Part shown: piece after piece, positions 9,390-21,184 of the stretch
Layout of the letters: each line of letters begins with the position of its first letter
Numbering within the stretch: the first letter of the stretch is position 1
Assembly: GCA_002269645.1 (NCBI GenBank)
Contig: NIVC01000603.1
Span: 24,597-61,955, forward strand
From: Macrostomum lignano
Taxonomy: Eukaryota
Direction of reading: 5' to 3'
DNA: 37,359 nucleotides
Position numbers and translations under genes: made by a program
The notes under the pieces: generated by a model
Database searches by the model: none
What the model was told of the DNA's origin: nothing
Seen by the model: only the letters and a program-made list of their open reading frames with translations

Positions 9390-10460
9390 TCAGTTGGCAC
9401 GAGACGGGCAGGTTCGAGCCTGGCCAATCCAAACCAAGAAAGTTCGACAGAGAGAGAGTTGGAGCGCGCTAACCCGGCGAGACAAGCCATGCACAGCCGC
9501 CCTTGTATCCGAATCCCGAACAGATAGGTAGCGAAACACCGAGTTGTCCTTCCAGTCACCCAGCTTCTTGATGATCATCAGCAGTGGAACACCGAGCTGC
9601 ATGGCTGCTGTAGCGCCGCGCCGCCGCAGCCTGTGGCTAGTGAACTCACGTGGTGACAAACCCGCCGATGTGTACAGAGTGCGAAGCCGGCCATCAAACC
9701 TGCTAGCCGTCAGAGGCAAACATCCCGTTGCCGACCACGTGGAGAACAGGTGAACCGGACGCGGCGCCTGGCCGATTCGGTTTGTCCGTAGCTGCCGCTC
9801 GAGCGCACGGAACGGGCACAGGACACCCAAGCTCCCATCAGGCAGTTTCGGAAGAAACACTCGCTGAACTCGGTCGCCAAACTGGTTGGTCTTTGAATGC
9901 CGTACGGTGAGCTCACAGTCGCACTTTGAAAAGACGATGTTTGATGCCGCCAGGTTGCACCACAGATCTAGCCGCTCCGATTGCATCCGATCACATTCGC
10001 TTTCCGCAGCATACCCCACCAGGCTGCCAGAACAGCTGCCCAGAACGCGATGTCACTCTTCTTTCGTTGGTCCAGGTGGGCGTTCAGCTTGAGGAGATCT
10101 GCGATTCTGAGGGGCTCCCTTGAGCACTGCTACCGACTGAGACATCAGCGAAGACCACAGACCACAACGCACCAGCTTAACCATCGGCGACTCACACGGG
10201 TCCGGCCGACCGAGGGCTCTGAAGTACAGCGAGACCGCGTTAGCGTACGCCTGGCAACTCCGAAAGACTGACAGCCGGTGAACAACTCGGCCACTTACAC
10301 GGCCACGTGCACCGGCTGCGCGCGCACCGGTGTCAAGTGCTAGGAGTTGCAAAAACACAGCCAGGACGCGAGCTGCGACCGGTAACTCCGCTTTGTGTGG
10401 GGCCAGCAGGGCCGAACGGAGACAGCAGGGCAGAAAGCATGGCTGGCGATTTCATTAAAA
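9390..10460 (-). pseudogene. Tyrosine recombinase of the YR retrotransposon (frameshifted)
   Basis: Motifs across frames: TKRSYRSQ..WLCFC, YANAV..GRPDP, FWAAVLAAWWGMLRKAN (box I Arg near 10005), HSKTNQFG, LCPFRAL, FTSHRLRRRGAT (H-x-x-R), LGDWKDNSVFRY (catalytic Tyr 9528-9530). Confidence 0.9.
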
Positions 10461-10467
10461 CAGCAGT

Positions 10468-12014
10468 TTACAGTGCCATACACTCAAAATAAAAATCGCG
10501 CATCTTGCCTACCGCGTGCAGCCGAGAGCACGGGTCCGCAAAAACGAGGCACCAGCCAGGCATATGAAAAGTGCGCACCTCAACCCCACGCCTAACAGCA
10601 ATGAGCATGGCAGTCTGGAACAGCGGCTGCAACTCAGGCTGCCGGCAGCAACCTCTGTTATCATACCAACAGCCGCGACTACGACCGTAGTAGACCACGA
10701 CCGAACCGTCATTTAAAAAGACACTCCAGCGAACCATAGCCAATAGCGGAACAATAGCGTCTTTGTACGTGATATGCTTGTCTTTAAACTTTCCTCCAGC
10801 ATCCAGATCCCAATTGACATACAGCCAATCCATCATTCCGCTACCATTGCGCAAAATGGCACCACCACCAGCACTGCTGGCATCGGTTTCGATGATCCAG
10901 CCGTTTGTGCGACTTCTCCAAAGCTGAAAATCAGGCAGCTTCAGAAGGGCACCGCGCCACCAGAGTAAAATACGCACAGTGTCAGCGGACACTCGTACTT
11001 TGTGATGTGGCTTTTCCAGGGCATTAGGCAAGTCGAACAGGGGCCTGAGGAAGCAACTCCCAGCGTGCACCACTTGGACGACCCAGCTGAGCTTGCCACA
11101 AAGCGACGAAAGCTGGCGTTTCGAGAGACGCCTGCTCTGCGAGAAATTAAGCAGTGTGGTGCGCATTTCCTCACACTTTCCCGCCGGCACACTAAGAACT
11201 CCACGGACAGTATCAATCTTCACACCGAGATACACCAAGCATTGCGTAGGTTCAACCACTTTGTTCCAATTGACACCAAAACCCAACTGGCGAACCAACT
11301 TCATCAGTTCTTTCAGGGCATCCATACACTCCTCCTCGCTCTCGGCCGCAACCAGAAAATCATCCAGGTAGACCGAACTATTGGCCACACCGGTCGCACC
11401 ATCATCCTCTTGACCGCTTGAGTAAGCCGGTAGAAAATCTCGACCGAGGCGCAGCTACCAAAGGGTAGCCGGGTGTCGATTAGCCATGTCAGATCACGGT
11501 TGCCTTTAAAGCGCTAACCAATGCCAGTCGCCTGGTAATCATCCGGATGAATCGCCACACTTCTGTAAGCTTGCGACAAATCAAGCTTTGCCATGAACCA
11601 GCCCTTGCCGATAGAGGCTGCAGCCTTCTTGACGGACTCAAACTTAGGGCTCAGCTTCCTCGTATAAGTGTCTTTTACCGAGTAGCCCGGAGGCGTGCTG
11701 CAGTCATGAATAAGTCGAACCTTCCTGTTATCCTTGGGAATAGCTCCCAGAGGGCTGACCATCGTCGGCTTCTCAGGCACCACCACGTATCTGCCATTCT
11801 CAGTCTCTTCCTTAATTTGCAGCTTCGCAGAGTTCAGTTCTTGTCGAATGGTTCGCCTCATGGTGGGCCTCAAAACAGATACGGCAAACATGTCGGAATT
11901 TGCAGCTTGAAGTGCAAGTAGATCTCTAGCCCGTCTGCCGTTCTGAGGCTCTTGGGGTCTATTGGTTTTGAAAACGCTGCTGCCATGGCTGGGGCAATGA
12001 CTTGCTGACTCCAT
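10468..12014 (-). pseudogene. Reverse transcriptase / RNase H of the YR retrotransposon (stop plus frameshift)
   Basis: SPLGAIPK, RLIHDCSTPPG, MAKLDLSQAYR, then TAG at 11514-11516, then DTRLPFGS, a frameshift near 11391, YLDD (11359-11370), KVVEPTQCLVYLG, LCGKLSW and the RNase H motif IETDASSAGGG. Confidence 0.92.
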
Positions 12015-12912
12015 GGTTTGCTCGAGTTTCAGTTCTGATTAAGTGCTTAGCAACGAGTTGGAAAGACTCCTTGCCCCAGCACATACCAGTTTCAGCTTGC
12101 CTAGTGCGTTAGTCCTCTTCAAAACGGTTCACCTGAGCAAGGCCGAAGCCCGCGTCAAACAGCTCGCCTATCTGTATTGAGTAGCGTAGGTGATTCATCA
12201 AATCAGTCGTGTCGGCAATTCCATTCCTATTAGTCACCAGGGCACCATCCTTGATCATTTGCATCATCAGCCTGCCATTGCCTACCAAATACTGCGCTGC
12301 TGTGATGCTATTATGTTTTCTGCTCTTGTAAGTGATTCGGCCACCAAAATCATTAGCCAGCACCTCTTTCTGCTCAAAGCCGTCAAGGAAATCACGAATC
12401 AGGAGAGCCTTACGCCTGCCCGAACACTCCATCCGTTCATTAGCCCTGTTCCGTGACAACAATCTACCAAGCAGCTCATTGCCATTATCTTCCTGGTCTA
12501 ATCCAGCATCATCCCACACTTCAGGAAAGCAACTGGGGGCAGCAGGCTTGGCACACTCACCGCGATTCATAGGATGGACACTCGCGTTGCAGATCTCCGA
12601 TCTCCCTCTTGAGTTTAGCGGCTTCCTTGTGTAGCTGCAACAGTCTGATCTCCTCTTCCACCTTCGCGATGTCCTCGTCCAGGCCCGCCGCCGACTCCCG
12701 AGCCGCCTCCGTACTGATGTTGTCGTCTGCATCGGCTTCTTGCTCATATTGCTCCATGTTCTGCAATAGCGAGTCTGTTCACGACTGGTCTGGGGCCGCG
12801 AGCAAGGCGCTGACAAGGTCGGCCTTATTGCCCGACTGCTTACATTAGCGTGGGCACACAAGGCTTGCAGAGCCACCTTGCTCAGGTGCATGAGTTTCAC
12901 GCGGTCCGCCAT
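11850..12912 (-). pseudogene. gag-like ORF of the YR retrotransposon (stops and frameshifts)
   Basis: ITAAQYLVGNGRLM, HLRYSIQIGEL, FEED*RTRQAETGMCWG (TAA at 12109-12111 where Tyr is expected), and a C-terminal Cys/His knuckle CKFRHVCRICFEAH (11863-11904) overlapping the RT start. Confidence 0.7.
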
Positions 12913-13262
12913 TGCAAAAAGAATCGATACGCACTTGGCAGGCCATAGGCAGCCCGCCCCACATTAAATAAAGGCACATAAACCGGGGGCACGGGACCAA
13001 AGGCCCGGCCCACCACCCCCCTGCACCAACGCACAAGAGCCACCCCCACTGGTTTAACACCCAACCAAGCTACGCCCGGCCGGACCAGTTATTATTTAAG
13101 CTCAATCATCCCTCTTATTTGCAAAAAAGTTGCTGTGCAAACATCTGCTGTGCAGAAGTCTGGCCCAGCCAAATTAACCAATAAATCCGCCTTAATTCGA
13201 TAACTGAAAAGCTTATTGATCGAACTTGATGAACTCCATTCCCCTTTTTAATACGCTCACAG

Positions 13263-14120
13263 ACCCGCCATCAAGCGCATCAATTTCTGTACTCAATCTG
13301 CCAACCTGCGAGAGCTCATCCGACGTATTGGTACAGTTCGCATCGTCTGCATCTCTACCAGTGCCCGAGCACAGATGCGGCGCTGTTGGTGGCGGATTGG
13401 AAGTGCGAAACCTCACGCAGCTGTCATTTGTAAATTGCTTGCATTTTGCACTTTCACACTATGAGTGACTATGCGCTGACATGCTGACCAGCGAGCTTCA
13501 TCAATTCCAGAGCTCGAGTGGAGACGGTTGGGTCAGCACGTGGGCACTGGCGATCGGGGGGAAGCTGAGCTCAGAGTGGCTTGTGGGCCTCGTCGAGTGC
13601 AGCGCAGTGCAGAATCTGCCGCCGGAGATCCGGTTCAAGGCCGAGCACAGGGCCTCAGCTTGCTACAGCTGCGGCAATCACAAAGGTCTCATCAAACGTG
13701 ATGTGAAGTCCTTACACATGTACATTTCACAGTTCCTGTACGGATTTCTAACAGCAACTGCTCTGCTAAGTGTGCTCTTGCTTGTCTTGGGCTCGGTGAG
13801 TAACCCCTCTCTCTACATTATATTTTCCGTCTCTGTGCTCTAAGCTGCCGTGTTGCATCTGCTAACTTCAGTTTGCAGTCATCAAATTCAGAGAAAAGAA
13901 GTCGTGGACAAAACAAACTATTCCAATGGTAAGCTTTGATTTTCTCAATCTGTACAGTCGACTCAAACTGTGACAGCTAAAGTTCGAACTCTTTTCGCTT
14001 TAGTCTGATCGATCCGAGACGCCCGGATCTGGAGCACCGGTTGCTACCGTTTCTGCTGTCATGGAGTATGAGAACTCTGGTTACAACCTGGAGGATGCTA
14101 CTGGTGTCTACGTGACCTGA
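13263..14120 (+). CDS. Receptor copy B, coding exons 6-9: Ig3, TM helix, Tyr-rich tail (continuation of 4728-6949)
   Basis: Exons 13263-13429, 13511-13795, 13872-13928, 14004-14120. Exon 5 (phase 1) joins to give VL|YPPSSAS. The joined CDS is about 1809 nt (602 aa plus stop) with no internal stop. Confidence 0.8.
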
Positions 14121-14139
14121 GGGTTTTCAGGCTGTCAAA

Positions 14140-17100
14140 GTGATCCTGATCCTGATCCTGATCCCGATCCTGATCCTGATCTTGATCTTGATCTTGATCC
14201 TGATCCTGATCCTGATCCTGATCCCGAACCTGATCCTGATCCTGATCATGATCCTGATCCTGATCCTGATCCTGATCCTGATCCTGATCCCGATCCTGAT
14301 CCTGATCTTGATCTTGATCTTGATCCTGATCCTGATCCTGATCCTGATCCCGAACCTGATCCTGATCCTGATCATGATCCTGATCCTGATCCTGATCCTG
14401 ATCCTGATCCCGATCCTGATCCTGATCCTGATCTTGATCCTGATGCTGATCCTGTCCTGATCCTGATCCCGATCCTGATCCTGATCTTGATCTTGATCTT
14501 GATCCTGATCCTGGATCCTGATCCTGGATCCTGATCCTGATCCTGATCCCGATCCTGATCCTGATCCTGATCCTGATTCTGATCCCGAACCTGATCCTGA
14601 TCCTGATCCTGATCCTGATCCCGAACCTGATCCTGATCCTGATCATGATCCTGATCCTGATCCTGATCCTGATCCTGATCCCGATCCTGATCCTGATCCT
14701 GATCTTGATCCTGATGCTGATCCTGTCCCGATCCTGATCCTGATCTTGATCTTGATCTTGATCTAGATCCTGATCCTGGATCCTGATCCTGGATCCTGAT
14801 CCTGATCCTGATCCCGATCCTGATCCTGATCCTGATCCTGATTCTGATCCCGAACCTGATCCTGATCCTGATCCTGATCCTGATCCCGAACCTGATCCTG
14901 ATCCTGATCTTGATCCTAATCCTGATCCTGATCCTGATTCTGATCCCGAACCTGATCCTGATCCTGATCCTGATCCTGATCCCGAACCTGATCCTGATCC
15001 TGATCTTGATCCTAATCCTGATCCTGATCCTGATTCTGATCCCGAACCTGATCCTGATCCTGATCCTGATCCTGATCCCGAACCTGATCCTGATCCTGAT
15101 CTTGATACTAATCCTGATCCTGATCCTGATCCTGATCCTGATCCTGATCCTGATCCTGATCCTGATCCTGATCTTGATCCTGATGCTGATCCTGTCCTGA
15201 TCCTGATCCTGATCCTGATCTTGATCCTGATCCTGATCCTGATCCTGATCCTGTCCCGATCCTGTCCCAATCCTGTCCTGATCCTGATCGTGTCCTGATC
15301 TTGATCTTGATCCTGATCCCGATCCTGATCTTGATCTTGATCTTGATCCTGATCCTGATCCTGATCCTGATCCTGATCCTGATCTTGATCTTGATCTTGA
15401 TCCTGATCCTGATCCTGATCCTGATCCTGATCCCGATCCTGATCTTGATCCTGATACTGGTCCTGATCCTGATTCTGATCCTGATCCTGATGCTTATCCT
15501 GATCCTGATCCTGATACTGGTCCTGATCCTGATTCTGATCCTGATCCTGATGCTTATCCTGATCCTGATCCTGATCCTGATCCTGATCCCGATCCTGATC
15601 CTGATCCTGATCCTGATCCCGATCCTGATCCTGATCTTGATCTGGATCTTGATCCTGATCCTGGATCCTGATCCTGGATCCTGATCCTGATCCTGATCCC
15701 GATCCTGATCCTGATCCTGATCCTGATCCTGATTCTGATCCTGATCCTGATCCCGATCCTGATCCTGATCCTGATCTTGATCCTGATCCTGATCCTTATC
15801 CTGATCCTGTCCCGATCCTGTCCCAATCCTGTCCTGATCCTGATCGTGTCCTGATCCTGATCCTCATTCTGATCCCGAACCTGATCCTGATCCTGATCCT
15901 GATCCTGATCCCGAACCTGATCCTGATCCTGATCTTGATCCTGATCCCGATCCTGATCCTGATCTTGATCTTGATCCTGATCCTGATCCTGATCCCGATC
16001 CTGATGCTGATCCTGTCCTGATCCTGATCCTGATCCTGATCTTGATCCCGCTCCCGATCCTGATCCTGATCTTGATCTTGATCCTGATCCTGATCCTGAT
16101 TTTGATCCTGATGCTGATCCTGTCCTGATCCTGATCCTGATCCTGATCCTGATCCCGCTCCCGATCCTGATCCTGATCTTGATCTTGATCCTGATGCTGA
16201 TCCTGTCCTGATCCTGTCCTGATCCTGATCCTGATCCTGATCCTGATCTTGTTCCTGATTCTGATCCTGATCCTGATCCTGATCCTGATCCTGATCCTGA
16301 TCCTGATCCTGATTTTGATCCTGATCCTGATCCTGTCCTGATCCTGATCCTGATTCTGATCCTGATTTTGATCCTGATGCTGATCCTGTCCTGATCCTGA
16401 TCCTGATCCTGATCCTGATCCTGATCTTGTTCCTGATTCTGATCCTGATCCTGATCCTGATTCTGATCGTGTCCTGATCCTGATCCTGATCCTGATCCTG
16501 GTCCTGATCCTGTCCTGATCCTGATCCTGATCCCGCTCCCGATCCTGATCCTGATCCCGCTCATGATCCTGATCCCGCTCATGATCCTGATCCCGCTCAT
16601 GATCCTGATCCCGCTCATGATCCTGGTCCTGATCCTGTCCTGATCCTGATCCTGATCCCGCTCCCGATCCTGATCCTGATCCCGCTCATGATCCTGATCC
16701 CGCTCATGATCCTGATCCCGCTCATGATCCTGATCCCGCTCACGATCCTGATCCTGATCTTGATCTTGATCCTGATGCTGATCCTGATTCTGATCCTGAT
16801 CCTGATCCTGATCCTGATCCTGTCCTGATCCTGATCCTGATCCTGATCCTGATCTTGATCCTGATCCTGATCCTGATCCTGATCCCGATCCTGATCCTGA
16901 TCCTGATCTTGATCCTGATCCTGATCCTTATCCTGATCCTGTCCCAATCCTGTCCTGATCCTGATCGTGTCCTGATCCTGATCCTCATTCTGATCCCGAA
17001 CCTGATCCTGATCCTGATCCTGATCCTGATCCCGAACCTGATCCTGATCCTGATCTTGATCCTGATCCCGATCCTGATCCTGATCTTGATCTTGATCCTG

Positions 17101-20100
17101 ATCCTGATCCTGATCCCGATCCTGATCCTGATCCTGATCCTGATCCTGATTTTGATCCTGATGCTGATCCTGTCCTGATCCTGATCCTGATCCTGATCTT
17201 GATCCCGCTCCCGATCCTGATCCTGATCTTGATCTTGATCCTGATCCTGATCCTGATTTTGATCCTGATGCTGATCCTGTCCTGATCCTGATCCTGATCC
17301 TGATCCTGATCCCGCTCCCGATCCTGATCCTGATCTTGATCTTGATCCTGATGCTGATCCTGTCCTGATCCTGTCCTGATCCTGATCCTGATCCTGATCC
17401 TGATCTTGTTCCTGATTCTGATCCTGATCCTGATCCTGATCCTGATCCTGATCCTGATCCTGATCCTGATCTTGATTTTGATCCTGATCCTGATCCTGTC
17501 CTGATCCTGATCCTGATTCTGATCCTGATTTTGATCCTGATGCTGATCCTGTCCTGATCCTGATCCTGATCCTGATCCTGATCCTGATCTTGTTCCTGAT
17601 TCTGATCCTGATCCTGATCCTGATTCTGATCGTGTCCTGATCCTGATCCTGATCCTGATCCTGGTCCTGATCCTGTCCTGATCCTGATCCTGATCCCGCT
17701 CCCGATCCTGATCCTGATCCCGCTCATGATCCTGATCCCGCTCATGATCCTGATCCCGCTCATGATCCTGATCCCGCTCATGATCCTGGTCCTGATCCTG
17801 TCCTGATCCTGATCCTGATCCCGCTCCCGATCCTGATCCTGATCCCGCTCATGATCCTGATCCCGCTCATGATCCTGATCCCGCTCATGATCCTGATCCC
17901 GCTCATGATCCTCATCCCGCTCACGATCCTGATCCTGATCTTGATCTTGATCCTGATGCTGATCCTGATTCTGATCCTGATCCTGATCCTGATCCTGATC
18001 CTGTCCTGATCCTGATCCTGATCCTGATCTTGATCCTGATGCTGATCCTGTCCTGATCCTGATCCTGATCCTGATCTTGATCCTGATCCTGATCCTGTCC
18101 TGATCCTGATCCTGATCCCGCTCCCGATCCTGATCCTGATCCCGCTCATGATCCTGATCCCGCTCATGATCCTGATCCCGCTCATGATCCTGATCCCGCT
18201 CATGATCCTGATCCCGCTCACGATCCTGATCCTGATCTTGATCTTGATCCTGATGCTGATCCTGATTCTGATCCTGATCCTGATCCTGATCCTGATCCTG
18301 TCCTGATCCTGATCCTGATCCTGATCTTGATCCTGATGCTGATCCTGTCCTGATCCTGATCCTGATCCTGATCTTGATCCTGATCCTGATCCTGATCCTG
18401 ATCCTGTCCCGATCCTGTCCCAATCCTGTCCTGATCCTGATCGTGTCCTGATCCTGATCCTGATTCTGATCCCGAACCTGATCCTGATCCTGATCTTGAT
18501 CCTGATCCCGATCCTGATCTTGATCTTGATCTTGATCCTGATCCTGATCCTGATCCTGATCCTGATCCTGATCCCGATCCTGATCCTGATCTTGATCTTG
18601 ATCCTGATCCTGATCCTGATCCTGATCCTGATCCCGATCCTGATCTTGATCCTGATACTGGTCCTGATCCTGATACTGGTCCTGATCCTGATTCTGATCC
18701 TGATCCTGATGCTTATCCTGATCCTGATCCTGATACTGGTCCTGATCCTGATTCTGATCCTGATCCTGATGCTTATCCTGATCCTGATCCTGATCCTGAT
18801 CCTGATCCCGATCCTGATCCTGATCTTGATCTGGATCTTGATCCTGATCCTGGATCCTGATCCTGGATCCTGATCCTGGATCCTGATCCTGGATCCTGAT
18901 CCTGATCCTGCTCCCGATCCTGATCCTGATCCTGATCCTGATCCTGATCCTGATCCTGATCCTGATCCCGATCCTGATCCTGATCCTGATCTTGATCCTG
19001 ATCCTGATCCTGATCCTGTCCCGATCCTGTCCCAATCCTGTCCTGATCCTGATCGTGTCCTGATCCTGATCCTCATTCTGATCCCGAACCTGATCCTGAT
19101 CCTGATCCTGATCCTGATCCTGATCCTGATCCTGATCCCGAACCTGATCCCGATCCTGATCCTGATCTTGATCTTGATCCTGATCCTGATCCAGATCCCG
19201 ATCCTGATCCTGATCCTGATCCTGATCCTGATTTTGATCCTGATGCTGATCCTGTCCTGATCCTGATCCTGATCCTGATCTTGATCCCGCTCCCGATCCT
19301 GATCCTGATCTTGATCTTGATCCTGATCCTGATCCTGATTTTGATCCTGATGCTGATCCTGTCCTGATCCTGATCCTGATCCTGATCCTGATCCCGCTCC
19401 CGATCCTGATCCTGATCTTGATCTTGATCCTGATGCTGATCCTGTCCTGATCTTGTTCCTGATTCTGATCCTGATCCTGATCCTGATCCTGATCGTGTCC
19501 TGATCCTGATCCTGATCCTGATCCTGATCCTGATCCTGATTTTGATCCTGATGCTGATCCTGTCCTGATCCTGATCCTGATCCTGATCCTGATCCTGATC
19601 TTGTTCCTGATTCTGATCCTGATCCTGATCCTGATTCTGATCGTGTCCTGATCCTGATCCTGATCCTGATCCTGGTCCTGATCCTGTCCTGATCCTGATC
19701 CTGATCCCGCTCCCGATCCTGATCCTGATCCCGCTCATGATCCTGATCCCGCTCATGATCCTGATCCCGCTCATGATCCTGATCCCGCTCATGATCCTGG
19801 TCCTGATCCTGTCCTGATCCTGATCCTGATCTTGATCCTGATGCTGATCCTGTCCTGATCCTGATCGCGATCCTGATCCTGATCTTGATCTTGATCTTGA
19901 TCCTGATCCTGGATCCTGATCCTGGATCCTGATCCTGATCCTGATCCCGATCCTGATCCTGATCCTGATCCTGATTCTGATCCCGAACCTGATCCTGATC
20001 CTGATCCTGATCCTGATCCCGAACCTGATCCTGATCCTGATCTTGATCCTAATCCTGATCCTGATCCTGATCCTGATCCTGATCCTGATCGTGTCCTGAT

Positions 20101-20654
20101 CCTGATCCTGATCCTGATCCTGATCCTGATCCTGATCCTGATTTTGATCCTGATCCTGATCCTGTCCTGATCCTGATCCTGATTCTGATCCTGATTTTGA
20201 TCCTGATGCTGATCCTGTCTTGATCCTGATCCTGATCTTGTTCCTGATTCTGATCCTGATCCTGATCCTGATTCTGATCGTGTCCTGATCCTGATCCTGA
20301 TCCTGATCTTGATCTTGATCCTGATCCTGATCCTGATCCTGATCCTGGTCCTGATCCTGGTCCTGATCCTGATCCTGATCCTGATCCTGATTTTGATCCC
20401 GATGCTGATCCTGTCCTGATCCTGATCCTTATCCTGATCCTGATCCCGCTCCCGATCCTGATCCTGATCTTGATCTTGATCCTGATGCTGATCCTGATTC
20501 TGATCCTGATCCCGCTTATGATCCTGATCCCGCTCACGATCCTGATCCTGATCTTGATCTTGATCCTGATGCTGATCCTGATTCTGATCCTGATCCTGAT
20601 CCTGATCCTAATCCTGATCCTGATCCTGAGCCTAATTCGATTTATTGTTCTCAG
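14140..20654 (+). other. Probable 3'-UTR intron of copy B filled by the hexamer array
   Basis: GTGATC donor 19 nt after the TGA. CCTAAT at 20631-20636, then TTTATTGTTCTCAG ending at 20654, the same signals as in copy A. Confidence 0.5.
14141..20629 (+). repeat. (GATCCT)n hexanucleotide array, about 6.5 kb, with higher-order duplicated blocks
   Basis: Direct reading. A landmark containing GTCCCAATCC recurs near 15266, 15822, 16943, 18419 and 19031. An 18-mer GCTCATGATCCTGATCCC is clustered near 16560-16740, 17720-17925, 18140-18220 and 19730-19795. Confidence 0.98.
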
Positions 20655-20884
20655 TTCATGAGGATGTGTTTATCCCAGAGCTATATTTACCGTACTCATA
20701 GGCCAATATATTTTATTTTACTGCGCTTGATACACATTAGAAATAAGGACGCAGCACTCCCGAATACTGTAAAACAGTTTTGAAGCCGACAGTACAATTA
20801 CCAATATCACCTGATCTGTTTGATACAGAAGCAAAATTCTTTTGATAGTTTTTTCAGAATTTATTCACAATTCACCTTTTTGCC

Positions 20885-20890
20885 AATAAA
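20885..20890 (+). terminator. Candidate polyadenylation signal (AATAAA) of copy B
   Basis: Homologous to 2637-2642 in copy A. Confidence 0.45.
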
Positions 20891-21164
20891 CATTGTATTA
20901 TATACAATAGTAATAGATAATGCAAAAAACCTATCTGTTCGAAGCTACATTACTACATCATATCTGGCCTAAAATACAAAGGCTAAACACTGAAGGTCTC
21001 TTGATGTTTTAAACATTTTTTTCATTAGACTGACTTTTCATTTGATCAAATTTATAACACCATACCAAAATTTGGGATATAAAATTTGGTAAATTTATTT
21101 TATATTAATTAATAATTAATATATTAATCTGACGTTGCTTTTGTGATCCGGCAGCGTACTCTGT

Positions 21165-21184
21165 TGTTGTTGTTGTTGTTGTTA
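21165..21184. repeat. (TTG)n microsatellite
   Basis: Direct reading. Confidence 0.85.

Larger units (their letters stand above)
9369..13094 (-). mobile_element. Decayed tyrosine-recombinase (DIRS order, Ngaro-like) retrotransposon in intron 5 of copy B
   Basis: gag, RT/RNase H and YR in order, with no room for a methyltransferase domain between RH and YR. The empty site is visible in copy C (about 27000-27045). TTTAA is present at both junctions (7146-7150 and 13095-13099) once the nested LTR is removed. Confidence 0.85.

Noticed and set aside
8434-9559. Minus-strand ORFs in the LTR (Phe/Leu/Ser/Pro-rich)
   Set aside because: They reflect the purine-rich plus strand and contain no recognisable motifs.
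14061-14120. Canonical ITAM or ITIM in the tail
   Set aside because: The tyrosines lack the +3 Leu/Ile/Val and the required spacing, so it is reported only as a Tyr-rich cassette.
14098-20661. Long ORFs of (IL)n, (GS)n, (RI)n and (DQ)n, up to 806 aa, and the (IL)n ORF at 1186-1650
   Set aside because: They are automatic translations of a hexamer lacking stops in most frames. Frames switch at every 5-bp or 7-bp variant and are not conserved between copies A and B.
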